A stretch of DNA of 35,565 nucleotides, counting the filler, from Candidatus Eiseniibacteriota bacterium (GTDB taxonomy: Bacteria; Orphanbacterota; Orphanbacteria; Orphanbacterales; Orphanbacteraceae), in NCBI GenBank assembly GCA_043809585.1. It is 2 parts of 2 records of this genome, joined end to end, with 100 filler letters (N's around TTAATTAATTAA, not from the genome) between each part and the next. Parts side by side here need not be neighbours in the genome. Positions count along the whole stretch, not along the records: positions 16,174 to 35,565 come from JBDROZ010000122.1; 1 more part is not named here. One strand, 5' to 3'. The first letter of the stretch is position 1. Every line of letters starts with the position of its first letter. Below the pieces are notes generated by a model that saw only the letters and a program-made list of their open reading frames with translations, did not search any database and had not been told where the DNA came from. The translations under genes were made by a program, and so were the position numbers. This document shows, piece after piece, positions 26,205 to 35,131 of the stretch.

Positions 26205-29200
26205 CGAGTGGATCTCCTCGAGGAGGAGGCTCCGTTCTCGGTGGATGGGAGGCGCTTCATCATGTCGTCGAATCGGTAGCCCGTCTCTTCCGCGGCCTTC
26301 AGGATGGCCGCCCCCTTCGGGGAGGGGGAGGGCGTCCCTTTCCGGGGCGCCCTCTTCTTCGCGGGCGGGACCGGTGCCGAGAGACGCTCGAGGGCTTCGA
26401 CCAGCCGCTCCAACCGTTCCTTGTGGAACCAACGGACGCCGTCGTGCTCGTGGACGGCGAGGAACCGCTGCACCTGCGGATCGAGGAAGAACTCCTCGAG
26501 CGTCGGCGCCCCGCTCTTCCCCTTCTCCTTCTCCATCACTTCCGCGAGGGGCGCGGCGCCCCAGATCGCGATGATCGCCGCGAGGGCGGACTCGGAGGCG
26601 GCGCTCTCGTGCCCCTTTCCCATCTCCCGGAGGGCGTCGGCCGCCTTCCGATCGAGTAGCCAGTCCTCGATACGCCCGGCGAGGTGCTTTCGCCGCGCTT
26701 CCGGACCGGCCGGAGCGTCCGCCAGACCCGCCATCTCCATCAGACGGGCGATCGCCGTCACGGGAGAAGGCGTTCCGGCACCCGCTTCCTTCGTGAGGAA
26801 GTCCGGCGCCTTTTCGCTCCCGAGCCGCGCCACGACGGCATCGAGGTACCTTTCCCGGGCCCCTTCACCGGCGCCCGTCTCATCTTCCTTCGGGTCTTCC
26901 ATCCCCCCGATCGCGGCCTTCACCGCTTCGACGAAGGGAAGAAGCACGGGCTCGAGCTCCAGTTCCCGCCGCGCGCGATCAACGCTCGGGACCGGCGCGC
27001 CGGAGAGACGGCGGGCGAGTTCCGCCCACCGGCCGTCCCCGTCCCGGTGCTCCCGCCACTCGATGAAAGCGTGGCACCGGTAACCGTCCAAGGGGGCGAA
27101 GAGGCCCCTTTCGGCGAGTTCCCGGCCGGAACGGAGAAACTCGAGCCCCGAGACGGCGTCCCGGAACGAATAGAAAACCCCCTCGGAGCCGTCGAGTCCG
27201 AGCGCCTCCCGGAGGGTCCGACGGACGAGACGGGGCGCGTCGGCGCTCCCCACGTTGATCGCCGTCGACTCGCGGATCGATCCGGCCGTCCGCTCGTAGA
27301 CGTTGTTGAAGAGGACGAGACCCCGCTCGTCGCCGCTCCGGTTCGCGTAGGCGAAGACATTCTCGTCGACTCCGCCCCCCTCGCGCACGAAGTCGAAGAG
27401 GACGAAGTTGCCGGCACCGCTGAAGAGGCTCCGCATTCGCATGAGCGGGAAGATCTCCGCCTCGTGGCGGATGACCATCTGCTCGTCCACCATCTCGTCC
27501 CAGTACGCCTTCTGGTACTCCATGCCGTACTTCTCGGCGAATCCCTCGATCTGGCCGTGGCCGAACATGGGCAGGCCCGGCATGGTGACCATGAGCATGC
27601 AGACCCCGAAGTACTTGTCCCCTTTCCCGAACTGCTCCACCGCGGTCCGCTCGTCCGGGTTGCTCATGAAGTTGACGAAACGCTTCAACACCTCGGGGCT
27701 GAACTCGAGCACGTTCTTGATGGTCTGCCGGTACTTCTGGTTCTCCTCCATCTTCAGCATGTTCATGAACGCGCTGTTGTAGACGCGGTGCATGCCGAGG
27801 GTGCGGACGAAGTACCCTTCCATCAGCCAGAACGCCTCGGCGAGGAGGAGCGTGTCGGGCGCCTCCGCGGCGATCCGATCGACCACCTCCCGCCAGAACT
27901 CGACGGGCATGCGGCGGTCGAACTCCTCCTTCGTCATGCCGTGCTCGGCCCGGGACGGAATCGCCCCCGCGTCCCCCGGCTGGGGATACCAGAGGCGCTG
28001 GTAATGGCGCTTGGCGAGGGTCATGGCCGCGTCGAAGCGGATGATCGGGAACCGCCGCGCCACGTGCAGGATCGTCCGGATCACCCCCTCCCGCACTTCG
28101 GGCAGGAGGAAGTTCAGCTGGGCCGTGTCGTTCCACGGCATGCTCGTGCCGTCGTTGCCGTGATAGATGTAGCGGTTCTCGCCCGTCTCCCGGTCGACGC
28201 GCCGGAAGACGACCGCCGCGTCCCGGCGCTCCCAGTAACCGTCCTCGATGTAGACGCCGACCCGCGGGTCGTCGGAGAGATCGCCGCCGCCGAAGGTGTA
28301 CCAAGGATAGGGCGGGTGATCGAGTCCGAGGAACCAGTGGGGGTGCTCCCGCACCCATCGGGAATCGATGCCCATGTGGTTCGGCACCATATCGCTCGCG
28401 AGGCGGATCCCCCGCGCCGCCGCCCTCTCCCGGAGGTCCCGGTACGCTTCCTCGCCGCCGAGATCGTCGGCGATCCGGTAGTCGTCGAGGGAATAGGCGG
28501 AGGCGACCGCCTCGGGATTGCCCGTGTACTGCTTGATCTTTCGGGAGGCGTTCGACCGCTCCCAGAGACCGATCAGCCAAAGCCCCCCGAATCCCCAGCG
28601 GGCGAGCCTGTCGAGTTCCTCGTCGGGAATGTCGGAAAGCCTGCCCATCGCCCGCCCGTGCTTTTTCGAGAGCTGGTCGAGCCAGACGTGGGTGTTCTTC
28701 GCCATGAGCACCACGTTGCTCATCCAGTCCTTGTCTTTCGTGAACGCCTCCGCCTCCGGCGCGGCCTCGGCGGTCCGTCCGAGGCCGAACTCGAGAACCG
28801 GCACCGAGCCGGGGCCGAAACCACGAAACCGGCGGTCCTCCTCCCAGATGTCGAGGGCGAGGGTGATCCGGTCGAGGATGTGCCGGGGGAGAAATCCCGC
28901 CCAGTGCTCCCGGATGAACCGGAGCTGTTCCTCCAGGGAGTGGGGCGCGGCGTGCATCGGCGCGCGCAGCGAGTGGAACAGGGTGCGCCCGAAGCGGCCG
29001 AGGGGGGGCTGGTCGTCGAAGAATTCCTCGAGGCCGACCACGTAGGGGACATACGGGGCGCGGTGCTGGAGCGGGGTGTCGTCGAAGAGGTCCCGGACCG
29101 GCCGGGTCGCCGGGTTCCGCATGGCGAGATAGAGGAGAATCACCTCCACGTCCACCAGGTCCCGGTTCGGGAGGCCGAGGGAGAGGTCGCCCAGGTGCTT

Positions 29201-29674
29201 CTTCGTCGCCTCCCGGTACTCCTCCCTCTCCTCCACCTCCCGGGATGACGTGAACTGGGGCTGCAGGGCGCGCACCAGCGGTTGGGGCGGGTAGAGACGG
29301 AGAAACGCGAGGGGGACGTCCCGGACGCTCTTCTCGCCGAGGAGGGCGGCCGCCCGCTCCCGTGCCCGGCCGAGGATGCCGGGCCGCTCCCGGTGGCAGT
29401 GGTCGAGAACGACGTAGCGCATGGCGTCGGCGATCAGGCCGAGGGCGAAGAGGGACTCGGCCTTCACCGGGTCCGGGCGGTAGGTGCCGCCGTCCTTTCT
29501 CTCGTTCACACGGTGGGCGAGGCTTCGCACGGCCTGCACGTTCCGCCGGGACAGATCGGGATCGGCGGCGGCGGACAGTTGGAGAAGATCGAAGCGGTAC
29601 CCCGCCTCCAGCGTGACGGGAAACCCGAAGGGGAAATGGAGACGAAGTAGTTTCTCGAACGAAGCGGCGGCCAT
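26201..29674 (-). CDS. Large alpha-amylase family (GH13) glycoside hydrolase
   Basis: SDMVPNH (region I), IRFDAAM (II), LAEAFW (III), FMSNPDE (IV), TMPGLPMFGHGQ. Confidence 0.9.
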   Translation of the reverse strand: MAAASFEKLLRLHFPFGFPVTLEAGYRFDLLQLSAAADPDLSRRNVQAVRSLAHRVNERKDGGTYRPDPVKAESLFALGLIADAMRYVVLDHCHRERPGILGRARERAAALLGEKSVRDVPLAFLRLYPPQPLVRALQPQFTSSREVEEREEYREATKKHLGDLSLGLPNRDLVDVEVILLYLAMRNPATRPVRDLFDDTPLQHRAPYVPYVVGLEEFFDDQPPLGRFGRTLFHSLRAPMHAAPHSLEEQLRFIREHWAGFLPRHILDRITLALDIWEEDRRFRGFGPGSVPVLEFGLGRTAEAAPEAEAFTKDKDWMSNVVLMAKNTHVWLDQLSKKHGRAMGRLSDIPDEELDRLARWGFGGLWLIGLWERSNASRKIKQYTGNPEAVASAYSLDDYRIADDLGGEEAYRDLRERAAARGIRLASDMVPNHMGIDSRWVREHPHWFLGLDHPPYPWYTFGGGDLSDDPRVGVYIEDGYWERRDAAVVFRRVDRETGENRYIYHGNDGTSMPWNDTAQLNFLLPEVREGVIRTILHVARRFPIIRFDAAMTLAKRHYQRLWYPQPGDAGAIPSRAEHGMTKEEFDRRMPVEFWREVVDRIAAEAPDTLLLAEAFWLMEGYFVRTLGMHRVYNSAFMNMLKMEENQKYRQTIKNVLEFSPEVLKRFVNFMSNPDERTAVEQFGKGDKYFGVCMLMVTMPGLPMFGHGQIEGFAEKYGMEYQKAYWDEMVDEQMVIRHEAEIFPLMRMRSLFSGAGNFVLFDFVREGGGVDENVFAYANRSGDERGLVLFNNVYERTAGSIRESTAINVGSADAPRLVRRTLREALGLDGSEGVFYSFRDAVSGLEFLRSGRELAERGLFAPLDGYRCHAFIEWREHRDGDGRWAELARRLSGAPVPSVDRARRELELEPVLLPFVEAVKAAIGGMEDPKEDETGAGEGARERYLDAVVARLGSEKAPDFLTKEAGAGTPSPVTAIARLMEMAGLADAPAGPEARRKHLAGRIEDWLLDRKAADALREMGKGHESAASESALAAIIAIWGAAPLAEVMEKEKGKSGAPTLEEFFLDPQVQRFLAVHEHDGVRWFHKERLERLVEALERLSAPVPPAKKRAPRKGTPSPSPKGAAILKAAEETGYRFDDMMKRLPSTENGASSSRRSTR

Positions 29675-29791
29675 CGGTCTCGTCTTTCATTGCGAGAGCC
29701 GGCCGGGGCCGGCGGTGTGACACGTCCTCGATTCAGACGGATTGTAGCGGGTCGGGGCGGAACGTTCCAGGACGGAGAGAAGAACAGGGGC

Positions 29792-30040
29792 TTACGGGAT
29801 TCGCCGGCGAAATCTCCCCCCGAGCCACTGGCCGAGGAAGAAGGCGCCGATCAAGACCGGAAACGTCTGGAGCCGGAAGCCGAGTCCGGAGACGAGGCGG
29901 ATCCCCACGACGAGGGGGACCGGCAGGTGGATCGCCAGAAGCCAGGGGAGCGACAGCCTCCGCGATCCGGCCCGCCAGTAGCCGAAGGGGAGGTTCAGCG
30001 CGAAGACGGCGAGGACGGCGAGAAGCAGGGGATGGGGCAC
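29792..30040 (-). CDS. Small membrane protein
   Basis: NLPFGYWR...WLLAIHLPVP...GQWLGG; three hydrophobic segments; GAGGAG RBS. Confidence 0.75.
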   Translation of the reverse strand: MPHPLLLAVLAVFALNLPFGYWRAGSRRLSLPWLLAIHLPVPLVVGIRLVSGLGFRLQTFPVLIGAFFLGQWLGGRFRRRIP

Positions 30041-30064
30041 CGGGCGGTTCTCCTCTCGCCCCGC

Positions 30065-30931
30065 TCAGGTTCTCGCGGAGCGGGGAAGGGCGAAGGGCTC
30101 CCCTTCGGGGGCGAAGGGACCGCGGACCATGAAGTGCGACGGCCCGCCGTGCTCGAAGAGGCCGGGCACCGGCTCCAGCGGAAATCCGAGGCGATCGGGC
30201 GTGAAGTGGACCGCGGTTCCGCGGAGCCGTTCCGGGACTCGGGACACGATCTCCTCGAGGGACGGGATCTTCGGGGCGACCACGTCGAAGAGGCCGAGCT
30301 TCCCCTCGTGAATCTCCATGCAGATCAGCGCGTCCAGATCCCGGGCGTAATGAAGGGGGCGGTGCGACTCGTTGAAGAGGAAGATCGCCTTCTCCTTCAC
30401 GACTCCGAGGACCTCGGAGACGGGTTCCCTCGTCCCCAGAAGCCGGTGAAGGAGGGCGTTGTCCTCCGGGTCCATCGGATCGACGCGGCGAAGGCCCCCT
30501 CTTCCCCCCGGCGAGGAGAGGGTCCCATGGAAACGGCACTCTCGGACCCGCCGGAACCCGAAGGGCTCGAAGTACTCGGGATGCTCCGTCGTGAGGACGA
30601 GCGTCCCGAACCGCCCCGCACTGTCGGCGAGGAGCTCCTCCATGACCCGGCGGTAGTGGCCGCGCCGGAGGTGGTCCGGATGGGTCGAGACCGCGTGGAC
30701 CGCGCCGACCATCACCGGCTCCCCGTGGATCACGAGGGGGAGTTCGATCACTCCGACATGGGAGACCACCCTCCCCCCTTCCACATGAACGAAGGGAGTG
30801 GAAACCGATTCCCACGGGGCGCCGAGCGCCCGGATCTCCTGGGCGCCTCCCTTGACACCGGGGAATACGACGTCGAGAAGATCGAAGAGACCCTCGGCGA
30901 GTTCGGGTTGGTCGGTGAAGGAGAGTTTCAC
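30065..30931 (-). CDS. GNAT family N-acetyltransferase
   Basis: VVSHVGV, VHAVSTHPDHLRRGHYRRVM (motif A), YFEPFGF (motif B). Confidence 0.88.
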   Translation of the reverse strand: MKLSFTDQPELAEGLFDLLDVVFPGVKGGAQEIRALGAPWESVSTPFVHVEGGRVVSHVGVIELPLVIHGEPVMVGAVHAVSTHPDHLRRGHYRRVMEELLADSAGRFGTLVLTTEHPEYFEPFGFRRVRECRFHGTLSSPGGRGGLRRVDPMDPEDNALLHRLLGTREPVSEVLGVVKEKAIFLFNESHRPLHYARDLDALICMEIHEGKLGLFDVVAPKIPSLEEIVSRVPERLRGTAVHFTPDRLGFPLEPVPGLFEHGGPSHFMVRGPFAPEGEPFALPRSART

Positions 30932-31226
30932 GGTCGCCCTCGCCTCTCGGCTTCTCGGGACCTCGCTGAAGACCCGGCGATCTTATCACAATCCTCCGCC
31001 CGACGTGACCCGTCCCGGGGCCCGCCCGGCGGGGGACGAACGAGGCGACTCGATCAGATCGGGCCCCGATCGTGCCCCAGCTCGTTCGTGAGGTTCGGAG
31101 CGAGCTCGTGGCCCGAGAGGCGCCCGGGCGATCTCGAGGGACGGGGGCGGCCCCCGGTCCCCGCGTCGCCCGGGGAGGCCGCCCGGGTCGAGGCGACGGA
31201 AACCGGCGACCGTCCCCCTCGTCCGG

Positions 31227-31496
31227 CTACAGCGTGCCGCGGGTGTGCTCCTTCAGGAAGATAATTTCCGGCGTCTCCGCGACTCCACCCTTTTCCATGG
31301 CCGCCTTCAGATCGGGGTTCTTCATGAACGAGCGGGCGTGGTCGAGGCTGTCCCACTGGAACAGCAGGGTCAGATTGTCCGGCTCCCCCTCGGGGTGCAG
31401 GATCTGCCACGACTTTTCGCCCCCTTTTCGCCTGGTTTCGATGAAGCCGTCGAAGACGGTCTTCCAGGCGGCATAATTCTTCACCTTGTGCTTGAC
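31227..31496 (-). pseudogene. ABM/cyclase-like (dimeric alpha-beta barrel) gene lacking its own start, cut by IS630
   Basis: VKHKVKNYAAWKTVFD...LFQWDSLDHARSF...LKAAMEKGGV; the IS end (TA at 31497-31498) abuts the first retained codons. Confidence 0.75.
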
Positions 31497-32602
31497 TAGT
31501 GAGCAACGCATAAATAAAGTCCTATTGAGAGGAAAAAAAGAGTCCGGTTCGATGCAAGAAGGAACGGAGGAGTCCCTGATCCCCTTGGATCTTTTGCGTG
31601 GAAGAGCGTGCCCGGCGACTGAGTTCGATCGCATCGTGGGGCGCGAGGTTGGCGAGCGGGTTCATCTTGAGATAGGCCCAGACCCCTTCCACGGGGTTGA
31701 GTTCGGGAGCATACGGGGGAAAGAACTCGGCCTGGATCTTCCCCGAGCGTTCCCGGAACAGCCGCCTGTCGATCCCCTTGTGAGAAGCGAGACGATCCCA
31801 CAGCAGGAGGAACCCTCGCGGGAGATGCACACGCAGTTGGCGAAGAAATGGAATCAGATTCTCCATGGTGACGTTTTCGTTCGGCAAGAGGGAAAAGTAA
31901 AGTCCCAGCCGTTGTCGCTGAGGGGAAATGGTGATTGCTGCAATCATGGAGACCTTTTCTCGCGAGCGCGTTCGCTGGTAGAGGATGGGAGTCTCCCCGA
32001 TCGGCGCCCACGTGCGGCGCAAGTGGGGTGCCATCAGAAGCCCGCTCTCGTCGAGGAAAACCAGATGACAGTTCAGCTTCTGGGCGTTTTTTTTACCCGG
32101 GGCCACTCCTCCTTGACCCAACGTTGGATCTCCGATTCGTTCCGCTCGCGGGCCCGCCGTTCCGGCTTCTGGGGAGAGAATCCCATCGATCGAAGGAGGC
32201 GAGCCACGTGATGGGGATGGTAACGGACACGAAAACGCTGGCGGATCAGCTTCGCCACACGGGCACAGGTCCACAGGTTCGTGGAATACCCGGCGGCCCG
32301 CGCTCCCTGCAACAGGAACTCCTCCAGCTTCGCTCGATTCGATTCGTTCAGCTTCGAGGGTCGACCGGGGGCCGGCTTGGCGGCGATCCCCTCCGCGCCG
32401 TGCGTGTCATGGCGTGCCCGCCATCGCCGGACCGACCGCCGATCCACACCCAGCTCACGGGCCACCTCACAGGGAGCCCAACCCTCCTCGAGAAGTTCCA
32501 AAGCCCGACGCCGACGCTCTTCCAAGAACTCCGGACTGCCGTGTGGCCTCATCATCCACCTCCTGCCCGGAGTATAGGACTTTATTTATGCGATTGTCAA
32601 TA
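31497..32602 (-). mobile_element. IS630 family insertion sequence, copy 2 (complete, 1106 bp including both TA)
   Basis: Terminal IRs TAGTGAGCAACGCATAAATAAAGTCCTA and TATTGACAATCGCATAAATAAAGTCCTA; TA at both ends. Confidence 0.95.
31522..32555 (-). CDS. IS630 transposase, two frames joined by a probable -1 frameshift at A8 (32087-32094)
   Basis: OrfA has PGRPSKL, LWTCARVA, FSPQKPERRARER; OrfB has VFLDESG, LLWDRL, YAPELNPVEGVW; same GTAAAAAAAACGC motif as copy 1; GGAGG RBS. Confidence 0.93.
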
Positions 32603-32645
32603 GTGCCACTATACCAAGTGAGACGAGAAAGAATCCCTTGGCCAT
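32601..32645 (-). pseudogene. 5' fragment (15 codons, MAKGFFLVSLGIVAL) of a gene interrupted by IS630
   Basis: AGGAGG RBS overlapping the upstream stop, then ATG at 32645 and a signal-peptide-like stretch running into the IS TA. Confidence 0.65.
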
Positions 32646-32656
32646 CGAAGGTCCTC

Positions 32657-33859
32657 CTAGTGGAACATGGCCTTTAGCCCACCCCAGCTCATGTACTCGG
32701 TGGAAATTGACCCCTCACACCCCTCCACAAACGCCCCAATCAGCCCGCAGTCAGCCCCGTCCGGATGATTCCCGGGGAGGCAGGGGGAGTCGGATCGTAG
32801 AGTGAAGTCACCGAGGTCAGGATCGCAGAAGAGGGGGTCGGCGGAGAAGTTGCCGTTCACGCCGTACTGGTCGGCGATGCAGCCGGTCCAGTCGCCGCCT
32901 TCGTTTCCCCTTAGATCCGTGCACCCGATATCGAGGACCGTCGCATACCCATCGCAGTAGATTGCCCCACCCACCTGCCCAAGGGCTATGATCGAACGAG
33001 CGATCACCGGTGACTCACCTCCAGAGCTGCCGGGACGGTAGAAGATGCCGGACCCCGTCGGTGCGCTATTGTGCGCGAGCGTGCACCCATCTAGATCAAA
33101 CCGCACGCTGATGTTCGAACCGCACCACAGGGCTCCCCCTTGGATGTCTGCGTGATTGTCATAGAACAAGCATCCTCGAATCATGACGTAGGTATCCATG
33201 AAGACGCCCACTACTCCGCCTCCATAACCCCCTTCGGCTACGTTACTCTTGAAGATGCAATCCTCGAACGTGGCCTCAACGTATCCCTCACAAGCCGCAC
33301 CTCCGCCAGCACCACTCGGGCCAGCCGCTCTATTATTCTCGAATAGGCAATTGACCACGACGGGGGACGCACGAAAGCAGTACATACCTCCCCCATCAGA
33401 GTACATGGAGCCGATCGCAGTGTTGTCAATCAGAACACAGTCTTGGATCCTCGGAGACGAATTCTCGCAGTGGATTCCGCCCCCCTGATAATGCATTCCA
33501 TGCGTTATGGTCACTGCCTCCAGAATCGACGTGGCTGTTTCCCCCAGGTTGAAGTTGAACCCACGGTGCAGATCAGACGGGGATCCTTCACAGTCAATGA
33601 TGCAGTCCGCCGGGTTTCCGGTTGCCGACCGAACGGTGACGGGGGCGTGGTGGTACTCGATGTCCCGGTTCCCTTCACCACGATAGGTTCCGGGAGCGAG
33701 TTCGATCACGTCCCCGGTGTGAGCCGAGTCGATCCCCGCCTGTATAGTCGGGGCATCTCCCGCCCCATCAGACGTGATGTACCAGGTTCGCGCAGCGGCA
33801 TCAGAGCCCGCCCACAGCAGCGCCGAACACGCCGTCAGGATCCCGAGCAGCTTCCTCAT
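32657..33859 (-). CDS. Secreted right-handed parallel beta-helix (pectin-lyase-like/Pmp-like repeat) protein with C-terminal SWGGLKAMFH
   Basis: Signal peptide; TIQAGIDSA..GDVIELAPGTY; repeated GGG[IM]xC...FxxN motifs; NFSADPLFC...LRSDSPC. Confidence 0.87.
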   Translation of the reverse strand: MRKLLGILTACSALLWAGSDAAARTWYITSDGAGDAPTIQAGIDSAHTGDVIELAPGTYRGEGNRDIEYHHAPVTVRSATGNPADCIIDCEGSPSDLHRGFNFNLGETATSILEAVTITHGMHYQGGGIHCENSSPRIQDCVLIDNTAIGSMYSDGGGMYCFRASPVVVNCLFENNRAAGPSGAGGGAACEGYVEATFEDCIFKSNVAEGGYGGGVVGVFMDTYVMIRGCLFYDNHADIQGGALWCGSNISVRFDLDGCTLAHNSAPTGSGIFYRPGSSGGESPVIARSIIALGQVGGAIYCDGYATVLDIGCTDLRGNEGGDWTGCIADQYGVNGNFSADPLFCDPDLGDFTLRSDSPCLPGNHPDGADCGLIGAFVEGCEGSISTEYMSWGGLKAMFH

Positions 33860-33867
33860 GACACCCC

Positions 33868-34866
33868 CTACTTGAATGACCTCTTGAGCGCGGACCAGGA
33901 CGTTGGCTCAAAGCGACCAACCTGAACGCCGGTCGGGCCACCGTCGAAGCCGGAGTAATCAACGATGCTCTTCGCGTGGTCGTCCCACCAGTCGTAGATC
34001 GTGGAGATATCCGAGAACAGGCCCTCGTCGATCATCTCTTGAGTCGTAGAGAGCGACCAGTAGCAGTATTGGAAATTGAGAGAGGGGGCCTGCGTAACCG
34101 AACATCCCACCCAGACATCGAACTCTGAGTTGTCTCGGATGTAGGAATAGTTGACGGCTATAGGCGAGTAGGGCTGAAATCCGTGTTCGTTCTGTTCCAC
34201 GGTACATTCGATAAACGAGACTACCTCATAGGTATGATTGACGAAGACTCCGATCGTGTTGTTGTGAACATAGCAATCTCTGAAGGTGCTGGGAACAGTT
34301 CCACCCTCGACGACATAGATTCCACTCGTCGCTCCGGAGACCTCAAGTCCGACAACCGTGATGGAATCAATTGATGAATTCCCATGGAGATAGAGACCAT
34401 TGTCGGCACAGCCCACTATTGCCACGGTGTCGAGAGCAATCGAAGAAGTTCGGCCGTACTGATTCAGGATTTCCAGGCCCGTCGTAGCCGCTTGAATAGT
34501 CATGTGGGCTATATGAATGGATTGCCCATTGACGGAAGGAGATAGGTACACACCACCCCAGGGGCCAAGGCCCGCATCGTGAAGCAGAACGGGTGACGCT
34601 TCGGTTCCAAGGCAGTAGAAGTTCGTGGCTGACGAGAGATCTAGCTTCGTATTTGCCGTGAAGAGGATTTCGACTCCCGGTTCCACGACCGTGTCATAGG
34701 CGTACAAGTCGTCCAAGGCCATAAACGGACTATCATCCTGGTGAAGTGTGTCCGGCAGACTTCCTGCGAGATAAGTGTACTGAAACTCCGGCCCGGTCCC
34801 CGCCCAGGACGCAGCCACAGCAGCAGCCAGACTCAATAATAGAAATGGAAGACTGTTCCGATACAT
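33868..34866 (-). CDS. Secreted beta-helix repeat protein with C-terminal SWSALKRSFK
   Basis: Start reassigned to ATG at 34866 (GGAGG RBS); signal peptide; VEPGVEI, GTEASPV, WGGVYL, NxxG[IV] repeats, IYDWWDD. Confidence 0.8.
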   Translation of the reverse strand: MYRNSLPFLLLSLAAAVAASWAGTGPEFQYTYLAGSLPDTLHQDDSPFMALDDLYAYDTVVEPGVEILFTANTKLDLSSATNFYCLGTEASPVLLHDAGLGPWGGVYLSPSVNGQSIHIAHMTIQAATTGLEILNQYGRTSSIALDTVAIVGCADNGLYLHGNSSIDSITVVGLEVSGATSGIYVVEGGTVPSTFRDCYVHNNTIGVFVNHTYEVVSFIECTVEQNEHGFQPYSPIAVNYSYIRDNSEFDVWVGCSVTQAPSLNFQYCYWSLSTTQEMIDEGLFSDISTIYDWWDDHAKSIVDYSGFDGGPTGVQVGRFEPTSWSALKRSFK

Positions 34867-35069
34867 GGCAGACCTCCGCGACTGAGGATGGCGAAACAAA
34901 CCCGGGATGGTACTTAGACTACCTGGCGGGCACCGGGGCTATCATAGCACCTATTGAGGGCTAAAATCTACGCCTATCGGCTGTCCCACAAGCAGATACC
35001 GGCCTATTCTCATCGCCGGCTAGCCTCCCCGCCTGCCCGCTCAACGGCAAGCCACAGGCGGCTCACCGC

Positions 35070-35099
35070 TTGACAACCTCGCCGCAATCCGAGATTACT
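35070..35099 (+). promoter_or_regulatory. Possible sigma70 promoter
   Basis: Perfect TTGACA with a weak -10 (GATTAC/ATTACT) 17-18 nt downstream, ahead of a TAAGGAGG RBS. Confidence 0.4.
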
Positions 35100-35131
35100 C
35101 AATTGGCGCACAATCACTTAAGGAGGTACCC

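Noticed and set aside
8431-29723. Very long alternative ORFs (e.g. 8431..11151 +, 17180..20407 -, 26684..29248 +, 26979..29723 -)
   Set aside because: Antisense or off-frame shadows of real high-GC genes; Arg/Pro/Gly-rich or mirror-codon composition with no motifs.
31496-31634. ORF-track N-terminus (MRSNSVAG...) for the ABM-like gene
   Set aside because: It lies inside the IS630 end and overlaps the transposase; it is not the native start.
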